Origin: Catajapyx aquilonaris
Taxonomy: Eukaryota
Direction of reading: 5' to 3'
Length of the DNA stretch: 57,610 bases
Assembly: GCA_000934665.2 (NCBI GenBank)
Contig: JYFJ02002395.1
Location: forward strand, 1-57,610
In this document: piece by piece, positions 14,756 through 27,070 of the stretch
How the letters are laid out: each line of letters starts with the position of its first letter
Numbering within the stretch: position 1 is the first letter of the stretch
Notes under the pieces: generated by a model
Told to the model about the DNA's origin: nothing
The model's database searches: none
The model's input: the letters and a program-made list of their open reading frames with translations, nothing else
Program-made: the position numbers and the translations under genes

Positions 14756-15284
14756 CTCTTTTTGCAGCCAAGAGTAACATCTGCACTTCAGGATGCTGTC
14801 AGGCTTGTTTCTACCTTTGAACTTTCTTGCGCTCCTGAATAACTATGGTTAGATATAGGCCCTATGTGGGGCCCGGGGTTTAAGGACCTACATGGTCTGG
14901 AATAACCCCGTTAATATCTGACTAAGGTTAGTATGGCCGATAACTTTATTAGCTATCTGCCCGTCTGCTGCCTTTGTCATGTAGTTTTTTATGAGAGTAT
15001 AGAAGGACACACCGCAGTGCTATAAAACAGTTCTCCTTCATCTAAGCTTCATCCTTAGCGTCACTCTACTTTCCTTGTATGATCTTACAGAGCCAGAAAT
15101 ACACACAGGCAAAGGACCACTGATGTGATGGTATCGTCTCAGCTCCAGGGTTGCTCTCAAAGTAATTTCTGACAACAATGGAGCTGAAGAATATTGAAGT
15201 CTGAATACTTCAGTTCACGCATCGTCTTTTGCTGCCCTCACATATTATAAAGACATGTGAGAGGCGCTCTAAAAAAGGTGGTCT

Positions 15285-15826
15285 TTTGGTGCAACATAGT
15301 GTGCCAACAGACAAATATTTCTTAGCAGAAATTATCATACTCTCATTATTCATCATCTGTGTCCTCCTCTAGGATCAAATTAATATCCAAGGGCAGTTGT
15401 GTATCTTGGAACTATTGTGTTTCAGTAGGACTGCATCCTTAGTCAGTGTCGTTATGAGAATACTTCTTCTGCAGTTACCCCTACTTCTTAATGGTGTAGG
15501 AGGTTTCCACGCTTTTTTTCCCCAGGAAGTCATCGTCATCATTCCAGTTTAGTTCAAATATTTCTAGGATACAGGTAGTGTGTACCCTGTAGCATCTGTA
15601 AGAAATGTCGAGTATAATCTGACACGTTAGGCTATAATTCATGTGAGAGCCTTGAACCAGAGAACGGTACTGCTGTCGTAGCTAGAGTTTGTACGTACCT
15701 CTCTCTTGAAGGATAGACTTGGGAGTTAATTAGTGAATTGGGTTGATAGGTCGATCATGTTGTCCTCACCTGATATACAAATGCATCAAAGATAATCAGT
15801 GTTTATCCCGTGGGGATCTCGTGTGG
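15285..15826 (+). repeat. About 540-bp recent direct duplication, copy 2
   Basis: Nearly identical to 13414-13954. Confidence 0.95.
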
Positions 15827-15844
15827 ATGTTAATTTATGTTGCC

Positions 15845-16900
15845 AGTAGTTCTCACACCAAACCTGTCCAAGAGTAAACCTGTCCGGCACCTGTTAGGTT
15901 AGGATAAGTTTTTTTTTTGTTTGGTAATGACTAATGACCTCAGGGCAGATAGAAAAAACCAACCGAAGATTTAGTTTTGACGGTTTATACTTTCCGTAAT
16001 TTACGGTACAGGGCCGTACCATGAAGGGGAGAAAGTAGTAGTGTGATATCCGTGGCAGCGTGGACGGAAGCAGGAAGAGCTCTGCTCGCAGCCGTTCTCG
16101 CTCTATCATCATGGGCCTCGAACCTATGCCTATTTCTGTTGGCCTTATCTCGGCCTCCATTTGTGTGGGTGTACCTCGTGACACTGATGTTCTCATTGTC
16201 GCACTCTGCTGGATCTGCTGGTCCCTGCGTGCCCGTTGAAGTGATTTGTAGCTATCGGTACCGCAGTTTGTTGTACGGATCCACTTCCGATATTATATCA
16301 TGGGATGCTGAGAGAAGTTCCGCCTTGGTCATACCAGAGCCGTTGGCTGCTGTCTCATCTTCTGCCGCTGGTAGTTCAGTTAGGACTCTTCAAATAATTT
16401 CACCTGGTTACTGTAGAATTTCGTCGTCTTCTTCATCGGTAGCTTCAATCACATTGATGCTGTTGTATTACTGAAGACATCCCCGTAGGAATATTTTCAT
16501 AGAGAGTATTCCGTGCCATGGTATGGAGGAACCAAGCATTGAGAGTAGTGTACATGGCATGGTACACGCAAACTTATAACGCTGGCCTTTGGGGCTTCAA
16601 TTATTGTCACTAACAAGGCCAACAAACTTTTCATGAAACAAATAGGTTATTGTAAACACGTACCTGAAATGGTAAGTTAGGAGGTGCTGCTGAATGTGCT
16701 GAATGGTCACTTCCTGTGCCAGGGGCTTCATGAACCTGTGACTGTAGGACATCAAAACGTTGTCTCAGGTAGATGTGCCAGATGATATAACGGACTGAGC
16801 ACCCATAGAATGATTGGTACGAATGTATGGCTCTTCTAACCATCGCTTGCACATCTATCATCGGACGTTATCCTCCCGGAAGCTGGCTGCCGTGGCCTGG
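15845..16900 (-). mobile_element. Probable DNA-transposon remnant: one terminus plus a degraded spliced ORF
   Basis: Left boundary agtagttctcacacc..(aaacctgtcc)x2..ttaggttagg interrupts the 540-bp duplicate. The minus strand has a stop-riddled acidic reading frame and a short GT-AG intron-like segment. Family not identified. Confidence 0.4.
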
Positions 16901-18157
16901 CAAATGTAATACATGGGTAATAATTTTTTTTCCCACATCGGCGATTATGCATGATACATCATGAATTTGCTGTGGGAGTTTAGGGCCAGAACAAAATGGG
17001 TTGCTAACTTGAAACATTGGGCCCTTTTTGGACCGAAAGATGTCTATAGTGAGCGTTTTAATGGCATTACCTAGCTTTACGATTTTTTCCTTCGCACATA
17101 AATTTTTTTCAGGTATGAAGGAATAGGTATATAATATTATAATTATTTGAGGAATACAGGTGTGGGCTTTTGCATTTTGAAAAAAAAAAAAACTTGCTTT
17201 GGGGTGGTGAAAGTATACCATGGGATCCAAACAGGACCCCACGTTTCAAGTTGAGGGTTAAATGTATTGAAAATATATTGAAAAAAAAAACAAGTGATAT
17301 TACGAATATACAATCACGCAGTAAGCAAGAGTTTGGGATCATTTACCTTCGACTGTATGTCAGATGTCAGTAGTCAGATGTCAGTAACAACAGACTATGA
17401 GACTCCTTTCTTTTTCTGTAGCATTTAAGGGTAAAGTGTATTTTCCATGTGTTTAGACTAATGGCTGGCCAGCCCTTTCGTTAGTACGAGTATATTAATA
17501 TGTGTTGACCCTGCAAAAGCTGGTGGCAAACCATAAATTCAACCCTAGCGGAAAGGCGATGAAGATTGGTATGTATGTGAGAGAGGTGGTACTACGTAAA
17601 CATAACCTAGTGCGCACCCACGCTCGCGCAGTTCCACTGTTCGGACTCAATGTTGCCCGAGTTACTCCCCAGGGCCATTTTGTTTCTCCCCAAGCGTAGC
17701 GTTGGAAATAAGTGAATCGCAGTATAGGTTTAGGTTTATTATATCATTATCGACTTCAATTGGAATAGATACGGTAATCTTTCAAGAAATAATGACATGT
17801 GCAGACTTACAGATAGGCTATTTAGTGACAAATAATGCTCAGAATGCGCCTCCATTATATCAAAAAATTTGATACAAAGCCCGGGCTTAATTTGAAGCGT
17901 TGAGCACGTCACACTTGGTGATTGTTTGAAATCTACTTTATCATTAGTGTCAAAATTATTGCAATGAATCCTAACACCATCACCTGCACCATTTCCAAGA
18001 TAGTTGTGTGCACTAATTAAACTGTTGAAACTTATTTAAGCTATGCAATTAACAAATTTGGTCCTGGTGTTCATTCCTTGCTTGATGAAGTGGGTTGGTG
18101 CACCAGCTAGTATAGAGAAACAATGCCCAAGACTATTATACATATAGTAGGTTTTCG

Positions 18158-20907
18158 ACGATCTGTTTATATTAAACGGAGCGACCTATGGTGACACCCC
18201 AGGTAGTTTCACCTACTTATCTAAGAAGGGGCAAAGCACAATAGATTACATAATCGTAACGAAAGCCTTGACCTCTTGGGTGGCTGATTTTAAAGTAGTG
18301 AATCAAATTGGGTCAGATCATTTACCTGTATGTTTGACGCTCGAGGTGTCTAGTGCAGGGAAATCACAAGTAGAGACGAAACCAACTACTAAGATGTTTT
18401 TGAAGATTCCCGCGGATGGATTGAATTTTTTGGTGGACAAATTTAATGACTGTTTAATCGGTTTGCAAGACGACACTCTAGATAGGATGGCAGATGAAGT
18501 TGCAACCAAGATCCGCAAAGTATTGGTGGAAGAAGGCATATTGCGCCCTAGTAGGCCATACTTAGGAAAGAAAAACTCCAACCCCTGTTTTGATTCACAA
18601 TTGAAACAGTCACAAGGTCAGGTGAGAGAGCATTTACAAAAATGGCGCAAAACTCTGAACAAAGGTGATAGGATAATGTATGTAGATTCAACAAGATTGC
18701 ATCAAAAACTGGTCCAGGCAAAAAAAAAACTATATTTTTCAACTACAATCCAACTTTTATTAACTAGTAAGAATCCTAGGACTTTTTGGGATCTAATTAA
18801 GCGAAATACACGCCCCCAAATTCGCTGTGAACCACCGAAACAGATTTGGTTTCAATATTTGAAGGAGTTATTTACACTGGTAGAGACGCAAAGCTTGGAA
18901 ATAGCAGAAGTGAATATATATGGATGCCAAATACTAGATGCAGAAATCTCCTTGAGCGAAATCAAAAAGACGATCAAAACACGTAGGCCCGGATCAGCGC
19001 CGGGCCCAGATAACATTTCAAATGCAATGCTGGCAATCGAATCTATCGAATTGCAAAATATATTACAAATCATGTACAATAAAATATTGGATGGTGCTCC
19101 AATCCCCCAAAATTGGGCTCAAATTAAAGTAATCCCTATTTACAAGGGGGGTGATAAGGAATGTCCAGCAAACTTTAGACCGATATTATTGATAAACAAC
19201 GTACTTAAGTTATTAACTGCTATACTGACTGCTCGGCTGAATAAGTGGATCGAGATCAATCAAATTTTGCCTGATGAACAGGCCGGCTTTCGACAAGGTA
19301 GAAGTTGTGCTGACCACATTTTTACGCTGAATGTACTCATACAAAAATACATATCCCCCAAGGGAGGGAAGCTTTTCACCTTGTTTTTGGATCTGTCAAA
19401 GGCTTTTGATAACGTGAGACATGATTTATTGTGGTATAAGCTACAAAAGATAGGAATAGGTGGCAAGCTTCTCTCTGTTATTCAACGTATCTATGGGGCG
19501 GCACATGTTACAGTTGAAAACCATATTGGCTGTGTGCAAGTTACAAAGGGAGTTTTACAGGGAGATTCCTTATCACCTGTATTGTTCAATCTGTTTTTGG
19601 CAGACCTCAAAACAGTACTTATGCAATCAAATATACCTGGAGTTAATTTAGGGCCAAACACTGAAGAAATACATTTTGTGCAATTTGCAGATGACGTGGT
19701 TCTCCTGGCGCCTAATCAACTATATTTGCAAAGGAAAATTCATTTAATTGGGAATTACTTTAATGATTTAAAACTAAATATAAATATTTAAAAAACTAAG
19801 GTAGTAATTTTCAGGAAAGGGGGTATGCTCCCAAAAAACTGTAAGTTTCACCTAAACGGCGAGTTGCTGGAGATAATACCCAGTTACAACTATTTGGGGG
19901 TAGTATTTTCCAGCTCAGGTAAATTCCGGATGGCTGCAGAACAACTGAGAAGCAAGGGTAAAGCAGCGATAGCATCTTTGTGGCCAGTATTAACTAAATT
20001 AAAGGTAAGGCAAATTTCAACAGCCTTCAAGCTATTTGATTCCCGCATCGCATCAATTACTCTTTATAATGCATTTATTTGGGGACTTGAATATTTGGAA
20101 TTAATTGAGCAGATTCAAACCTTCTTCATTAAAAAGTTTCTAACGTTGCCTAAGAATACAGCGGGATATTTCGTTAGGCTGGAGACAGGTCGTAGACCTT
20201 TAGCATTAAAAATAATTAAACATCTGATAAGCTGGCTGGTTAAATTAGGAAATATACAGTCAACCTCACTAATTAAAAGAAGTCTGAAATATGCACTATT
20301 AAATTCCCAGTCCCACCCTATAAAAAGTTGGGCATGGCTAGCAAATCGAGAATTTAATAAAATGGGAATGTCCATCCATGGTTGGTTACAAAATATAGAG
20401 AATATATCCATCCAAAAGGTGCTAATCACATACATCGATGCAACGATTCAACAGGATTATGTAGACCTAGACAATTCAAAGAGATATGCCAACTATGTAT
20501 TACCTTGGTATTACGTAACAATTCTCCATTTCTAGAAAATTATTTAACCTACAACTTACCGCTACATTCAATTAGACTTGTAGCTAACCTCCGGAATGAA
20601 TCCGCATGGTTTTATATAAATGGATACAAAATACAGCTTGACTTAGAGAACTACTGTTCATTATGCAACCTTAAAGAAGAATTCACTATACACCATATGT
20701 TGTACATTTGCCCCTTTTTTTTCTGGCCCGAGGAGAACATTACTTATATCATGGCCTTCGGTCCCACCCGACAGATTAAGCTGGATTCTGGACGATATAC
20801 CAGCTCAGGAAATTTATAAATTATGTTTTTTTTAATAAAGCAAAATTATTATTATTAGAAAATGCTGATATTATATTATAGTAAGCCAATGGATAAATAG
20901 AAAAAAA

Positions 20908-20943
<36 letters not shown>

Positions 20944-20950
20944 TGTTGTC

Positions 20951-21000
<50 letters not shown>

Positions 21001-21126
21001 TGTTGTCGTTATTATTATTATTATTATTATTAATATTGTACTTGTGTTCTACTGTATCATTGTGTTCAGAATTTTGTATTGGGGAAGCTCTCTCCGCCCT
21101 AAGGGGTAACCCCCATGGCGTAATAA

Positions 21127-21191
<65 letters not shown>
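18158..21191 (+). mobile_element. 5'-truncated non-LTR retrotransposon (LINE): end of APE endonuclease, RT, CCHC knuckle, (TAT)n tail
   Basis: 15-bp TSD tatagtaggttttcg at 18143-18157 and 21192-21206. Translation has LNG..GD..G.FTY....STIDY, SDHLP, SAPGPD, NFRPI, EQAGFR, LDLSKAFD, GVLQGDSLSP, FADD, YNYLG and CSLC..H..C. One in-frame TAA at 19789-19791 and a frameshift near 20510. 3' end has a GGGGTAACCCC hairpin, AATAAA and (TAT)n. Confidence 0.95.
20908..21031. repeat. Interrupted (TAT)n microsatellite within the LINE 3' UTR
   Basis: (tat)n interrupted twice by actattgttgtcg. Confidence 0.95.
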
Positions 21192-21195
<4 letters not shown>

Positions 21196-22267
21196 GTAGG
21201 TTTTCGCAAATCACAAAATGTTACCACCCGTTATCCTTCAGAAGTATAACATTGTGTTAAAAATACTGCATTTTATTCAACTTGTATAAATACCAGTACC
21301 CAGTTGGTAAGCATCCGGATGTGGGACTCCCACATTTATAGTGATGGTTAATACTCATCAAATCACAATAATTATTGTTAACATGAATGGAAAAGCACTT
21401 AACCCTGTTCCCGCCCATGGTTCATTATGGTAGTATGATCATGCTACAATAGTTAAAAGTTTATTACAAATAGTTTTGACACTGAAAGCTACGCCCCGTT
21501 CTTTGTATGAACCCAGCCTAAAACACGCACAAGGGTAAGGTACACCTGGACCACTGATGGTATAGCCTCAGCTCCGGTGTTTCCGTCATATCATATTTCT
21601 GACAACGATGGACCCAACACCTATTGTCGCTGTGATGAATCTACACCTGGAGTCATGGACAAAATGGATTGTAACTCATCCTGTCTGGTTGCGGGCGCTT
21701 GGTGGATTTGTTTTCCATAGGTGTCCTATATGACTGGTGCTGTTGGAGGAATCCTGCAGGATAGGAACTCCCTCTTGGGTGCCCAGCTCTGCGGAGGTAT
21801 AATAATATATTGTCCACATGTTTCCGGTAGACTCCATTGCACTTGTCTTGTTCCTCTTGGCTCGGCTCCCATGTGTAACGAGGCTTTTGTGCGTTTAAGA
21901 GCAATTTATTAATATTGTTCATTATTGCACTGCACATGTCCTAGTGTCTACTGACTTATCTATTTGGGAAGCATATAATCATGGAAGTAATATTACATCT
22001 CCTTCATTTTGTCAGCTTACAAGTTACTTGGAAATTACAGTAATGGAACGTAAACAGTCAGTGTGTGTTATTATTCCCGTATCCCGTGTGTTACGTATTG
22101 AATGTCAGCTCTTGATGTCAGTCATAAGTTACACTTGCAAATTAATGACCACCAACATAAACAGGCTGTGTGTATTATTCGTCACTGGCAAGGGATTAAA
22201 AATGAGGGGAATGTCCGGGATTTTCTCTGACACACTATGAAGAGTAGGGTAACATGAAAACAAAGTA

Positions 22268-22945
22268 CAGGGTGATTACAAATGAATAGTATAATTACAA
22301 ATGCATATAGCTCCGTACCTATCAACCGCACATGAACGTGTTATACACCAAATGAAAGAGGAGGTTTTGAAGTTTATTTCATACCTTATAAATGTTCTAT
22401 ATGACTTCCCTTGATCACTCGAGAAACGTCGATCCGACAGTGCAATTCCTCCCATACTCGTGCCAGCATGTCCGTTGTCACTGACTCAACCGCAGCAACA
22501 ATGCGATGTTTGAGTTCATCCAGGGTTGTTGGCATCGGTGGCTCGTACACAGCATCCTTAACGTACCCCCAAAGGAAGAAGTCGCATGGCGTCAAATCCG
22601 GCGACCTTGGGGGCCAGCAGTAAAGCGACAAGTCTTGCAGGTCACTGCGACCTATCCAACGACGAAGGAGCACATTGTTCAGAAACTGGCGAACATCTGA
22701 ATGCCAGTGCATTGTTACTGCGGTTGAGTCAGTGACAACGGACATTCTGGCACGAGTATGGGAAGAATTGCACTATCGGATCGACGTTTCTCGAGTGACC
22801 AAGGGAAATCATATAGAACATTTATAAGGCATGAAAAAAACTTTAAAACCTCCTCTTTCATTTGGTGTATAACACGTTCATGTACGGTTGATAGGTACGG
22901 AGCTATATGCATTTGTAATTATACTATTCATTTGTAATCACCCTG
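22268..22945. mobile_element. Fold-back Tc1/mariner (Tc3-like) derivative with 237-bp inverted arms
   Basis: TA|CAGGGTG...CACCCTG|TA termini. Arms 22268-22504 and 22709-22945 are near-perfect reverse complements. The minus strand encodes a transposase C-terminus (HWHSDVRQFL..RWIGR..WPPRSPDLTPCDFFLWGYVKD.VY...GSHIEHL*). Confidence 0.95.
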
Positions 22946-23399
22946 TAATGGGATGAAGTCACCTCTAAATGAATTCCGGCATCAAGCTTACAATCATGCG
23001 ATTCAAACCCGCTGGAAGAAGTCTTCCATTCTGGGAACTTTTTCGCGATGATGGGAGCTCTCCTCTTATAGCCATCTTGTGGCCGCATATCTCGAAAGTC
23101 TTTCGCAAATCGTAAGAAATCACTTGAACAATTATCAATTAATACTCTGAATTATTCAGAGTCAGTGTAGGCTACTTCGAATTGTTGAAAGAGTGAATCA
23201 AAAGCCGTATGATCACCTTTTTTTTCCGCCCGATGATACAGGGTGCAATAATTGGTTTCCGTTTGATAATTTCCCTCAAAGCCATTAATAATGTTCCCCA
23301 CATTGTTCCCTATTTAATGACACATTGATCATCGCCTTGGTGCGAATAGTTCTCGAGATATGAGTCAAAGTATACCGGAATGTGTACCGTTTTTGCCCG

Positions 23400-23640
23400 T
23401 AAGTCGATCCCTGAAGATCTCCGCCCTCCGATTCAACGAGGCAACCGCCGACTGTCGATGGGTGATGGCCGTGTTGTCCGTCCGTTGGGGCTAATAACAC
23501 TGCCCCTTGGACTGGGCTCCGTTGTCATCCCAGCAAGATTCTGGGTGGTGAGATCGTCGCTGATCCCCGTGGTTTTGGGGACGGACTTCCTGGAGATTTG
23601 GGAGTCCGACATTGACTTCAGTAAACACCTGCTGACTGGA
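23400..23640 (+). mobile_element. Gypsy-type aspartyl protease fragment
   Basis: LSMGDGRVVRPLG.ITLPL.LG...F.VV....PVVLGTDFL....IDF is the retropepsin C-terminal half; no catalytic DTG visible. Confidence 0.7.
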
Positions 23641-23842
23641 CTGGCGATGGCGCCGCGTGGAGATGACACCGCCGACCGAGACCATATTAGTTTTTAGCTA
23701 TGCTTCTCTTCCACGGGAGTATTGCAGTACAAAAATACTCCGGTGGTAACATACTACGTATACAGTGGCATATACCTAGAGAGTAGGAGCTTTCCAGCTT
23801 TCCATGCACAATATTTTGATAAACCTTATTAATTATTTTCAG

Positions 23843-24120
23843 GGCTGATTTATCTGTCCGTGCTCAGTCAATTCTTAGGGGCCTTGAACACAGCGGTACT
23901 TTCGTAGGCATAGACATCCGTAGAACCAATTACGACTATCACATTCAATGGCAGAGCAAAGGGAAACTCATGGACAAGAACTACTTCTGGAAGGCCATGA
24001 ACCTCATGAGGCAAATGTATCCGGACCCGGTGTTTGTAGTGACAAGTGACGACAAGGATTGGGCCTTGGAATATGTGGTCAACGTATCGTCTTCGGACAG
24101 CAGTACAATTGGTCACATAC
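23843..24120 (+). pseudogene. Orphan exon of an alpha-1,2-fucosyltransferase (GT11)
   Basis: Acceptor ttattttcag at 23833-23842. Reads TFVGIDIRRTNY (cf. GT11 motif I FVGVHVRRGDY), YFWKAM..MR..Y..PVFVVTSDDKDW (motif II). No other exons or motif III found in the window. Confidence 0.75.
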
Positions 24121-24126
24121 AAATTT

Positions 24127-24144
24127 TGGTGTCAGAAGTGGGAT
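24127..24144 (+). mobile_element. LTR-retrotransposon primer-binding site (tRNA-Leu)
   Basis: TGGTGTCAGAAGTGGGAT is complementary to the 3' end of tRNA-Leu(CAA) including CCA. It lies a few bases after a CA dinucleotide. Confidence 0.7.
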
Positions 24145-24779
24145 CCTGGACAGTAGTAGCAAACAACGGGCAAAATTAAAGTTACACCTTTGAATAACAA
24201 TATCATACAGACAACCTAAATGTATTTACATTTACAATTTCAATTATTGTAGCAAAACATATTCAGACACAATCATGACAAAGTGGCAAAAAAAATCCTT
24301 TCACTTGCGCCATCCCCACTGGATGGTAGAGCTACACTGTAATACTGTGAAGGCGAGGATCGTGAAGAACGATAAGTAAATTACAAGTAAGGTCACAGGG
24401 TCACTGAAAATGATGGATTGCCACTTTCCATCACACAAGTGATGCTTTATTTGGAGGGGGAAAAAAATAAAACGGTAACTTGTGGAACGTGTAAAAATAA
24501 CTTCATGCCACTAATAAGACAGGTTTTAATAATGTGTAAAAACAATACAAAATAATATTTAAAAAAAGAGGAGCCCTCAAAAACATGCCTAAAGCAGCTG
24601 GATGCCACTTTTTAAACATCCCAATTAAATGAACAGTGTTGACATCTAAATGACAACTTTTTTTGTGGGAAAAAAAAATTACGGTCCCTTGCGTTACATT
24701 AGAAGTGCAAAAATGGCTGATGACATACTTTGCAGGTCATGTGCAGTGTGCTCAGTGAGCACTGTAGGTATGAATATGT

Positions 24780-26227
24780 TCGCAATCATCGAGTGTGAAT
24801 TATTGCATGTCATACCATTGTAAGCGGCACTTCAATAGCTCCCAACCAGTGCGAGACACTCTCAGGTTCGGACCTGTTAAGTGCACAAGTCATCCCCACC
24901 TGAAGCCAGTATTGGTCCAATCACATCCGTTGTCAGGGTCCTATCGTCCATGTGCAAATGATGCAACTGATTCAGTTTCGCGCTGGATAAAAGTTCACTT
25001 GCAAAGAAATCAATTTGTGACTCGTTAATGATCGTGAGGGATTTCCAGTTCCCATTGGTTGACAACAGAATGATACCTATAATGACTTCTTGGCATCTTG
25101 TGAGTCACAGACAGCTTTTCTAGACCTCTGAAAGCATCCCGATTCATTGGAAAGGGTGGAAGTGCAGTAGTCCGTCTGCTGCAAGCGTACTAATCTTGGG
25201 AAATATTTCTCCGATGGCTACCAAGTCTATTCCTGTGCATGTTCAGTCTCTCAAGCGAACCACGGAGACTCACGTTTCGCCTGAAAAGGTTGTCGAGTCC
25301 TGTCACCCTGTACAAGCACAATTCCGCAATCCGAACCATGCAGCCATCCCTCATCAGGGGCTGGAGGTGGGAACCAGTCGCATATCTGATATCGTTAAAT
25401 TCTTGAGGTTCCCAAGTTCGTTTAAGGGGCTTGGATCTGTCTTGATGGCATACTCTATGGACAGACGCTGGAGGCAAGGAAAGTGAGTCACTAACAGTCG
25501 AACAGTGGTTGCATCACCTGTCCTCATGGGTGTGACAAAGTCCTTCAGAGAATAAGTACCCTTGCACAGGTTCAGAACATTCTGCATACTTTCTACTTGC
25601 AAAATTTCCAATTTAGGGAGGTTCTCAAGTAAGTGCAGCGCAACCTCGGCGTTCATGGAAACTCCCACAAATTTTCTTGAGGTGTTTACAGCCTGCCAGG
25701 AGTTTCCATTCGCTTGAGCCATGGCGTCCCTTGTCCCATATGCCCTTCTTAACCACTATCTCTTCCAACAGGGTGCAGTTTTGAATTATGTGTAGAAGAA
25801 CATCTGGGTCCATTGGAACTGCAAATGAGCGCAGTTTTGGCAGATTTGGCATATCATTTGACGACCTCAATGACCAGCAGCTATAAGGTATTGAGAACAG
25901 TTAGGTTAGTCATTGTATGACGAGCACGTGTAAACTGATTGTGGCTGTTGTGGGACAGATGATATTGCCCTACAATCTGAGTGCAATTGGGATGGAAAGC
26001 AGATGCAATTTTACACCGACCTATAAAGTTTGAACACTGCTGGAGGATCCGGTCAACATACTCGTTGGCAAGGGTACTTGGGATGCCCTGGACGTACTGC
26101 CAGACTGATAGTGATTCTTCGTGGCCTCTCCTATTCTCGCATGCGGAGAGAGGACAATGCCAACAACACGAGATAAACACAGTCGCTCCAGACTCTGCGG
26201 CTGCTTCGGCTGCTTCCTTCTCGGCAT
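24780..26227 (-). pseudogene. Frameshifted BC-box + leucine-rich-repeat gene (putative cullin-RING ligase substrate receptor)
   Basis: ATG at 26227: MPRRKQPKQPQSLERLCLSRVV (BC-box-like P.SL..LC...V). LRR-like segments (NLPKLRSF, NCTLLEEI, NLPKLEILQV, FPCLQRLSI, LGNLKNLTI, SLERLNM) follow in several different frames. Putative 5'-UTR intron at 26231-26317. 3' limit approximate. Confidence 0.7.
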
Positions 26228-26403
26228 GGTCTGTGGAGTACATGAAAGATTGAAAGGAATCATGCTGAATAGCCATTGCCCTCAATCACACACCAAATGA
26301 GGCAGGCATATCCTTACCGATCCATTTACTGCTGTAATATCCAGACTGCAATTCCTTAATTACCGTATACTCATGTAGTAACAAATTCCCCCTTCAAACC
26401 ATA

Positions 26404-26548
26404 CAGGGTGTTTCTCAACTCGCGTCCAAAACTTCTAGGGTGAACTCCTGAGCACCGGTGAATCGCTTCACCTGCTCTATGTAAAGTGATCCACCAGTGC
26501 ACACGAGTTCAACCTCAAAGTTTTGGACACGAGTTGTGAAACACCTTG
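26404..26548. mobile_element. Tc1/mariner-type MITE
   Basis: TA|cagggtgtttctcaactcgcgtccaaaactt ... aagttttggacacgagttgtgaaacaccttg|TA. Confidence 0.85.
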
Positions 26549-26628
26549 TACCGGTATAATTCCCCGTGAGCCAAGTCGCTCACCTTAGTCTATAGTCTCG
26601 AACCATGCGCCAAGTCTACGAGTTGTAA

Positions 26629-27070
26629 GTGATGCGGCCAATGGGGTCGGTCACTTTTATACCAGTGACTATTAGGGGGAAGGTTTTCCACACTAAGATT
26701 CTGGTGGTTAAGAAACCCCTTTTTCCTATCATTTTGGGGATGGACTTTCTAGTGAAGTCGGGTTGTGTAGTGAATTACCAGAAGTTGGTGCTCACTTGTG
26801 CATCCCCAGAGGCAGATCGATCCGTTTTGGATCCGGGCACATATGTGAAAGCAGTGCCGGCAGGGTGGTTGTCGCCCTCCTGTACTAGTAGGGGTGGTCG
26901 ATCCACAGTGGGAAACTGCGCAACAACATGACTTGTTAATAGCACGTTGCCTAGTGAGCCCAACCAAAGAAGACAACCATGTGGTGGTGCCCATTCGTGT
27001 GAGTAATCCTCTGAACAGGAACGGGGTGATTCCGGCCGACACAATTTTGGGGTGTTTGGCTCCGGTAATC
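26629..27070 (+). mobile_element. Gypsy-type protease and protease-RT linker fragment
   Basis: RPMGSV..PVTIRG..F...ILVV...FPIILGMDFL...GCVVNY, then a frameshifted LIARCLV......VPIRVSNP.....IPADTILG. Confidence 0.65.

Noticed and set aside
20943..21260. Poly-Leu/Tyr ORF (and poly-Asn/Ile ORFs at 32236-32715 and 56093-56572)
   Set aside because: The homopolymer runs are translation artefacts of (TAT)n/(AAT)n microsatellites. The 32.2-32.7 kb ORFs only partly overlap real eIF4E-like exons.
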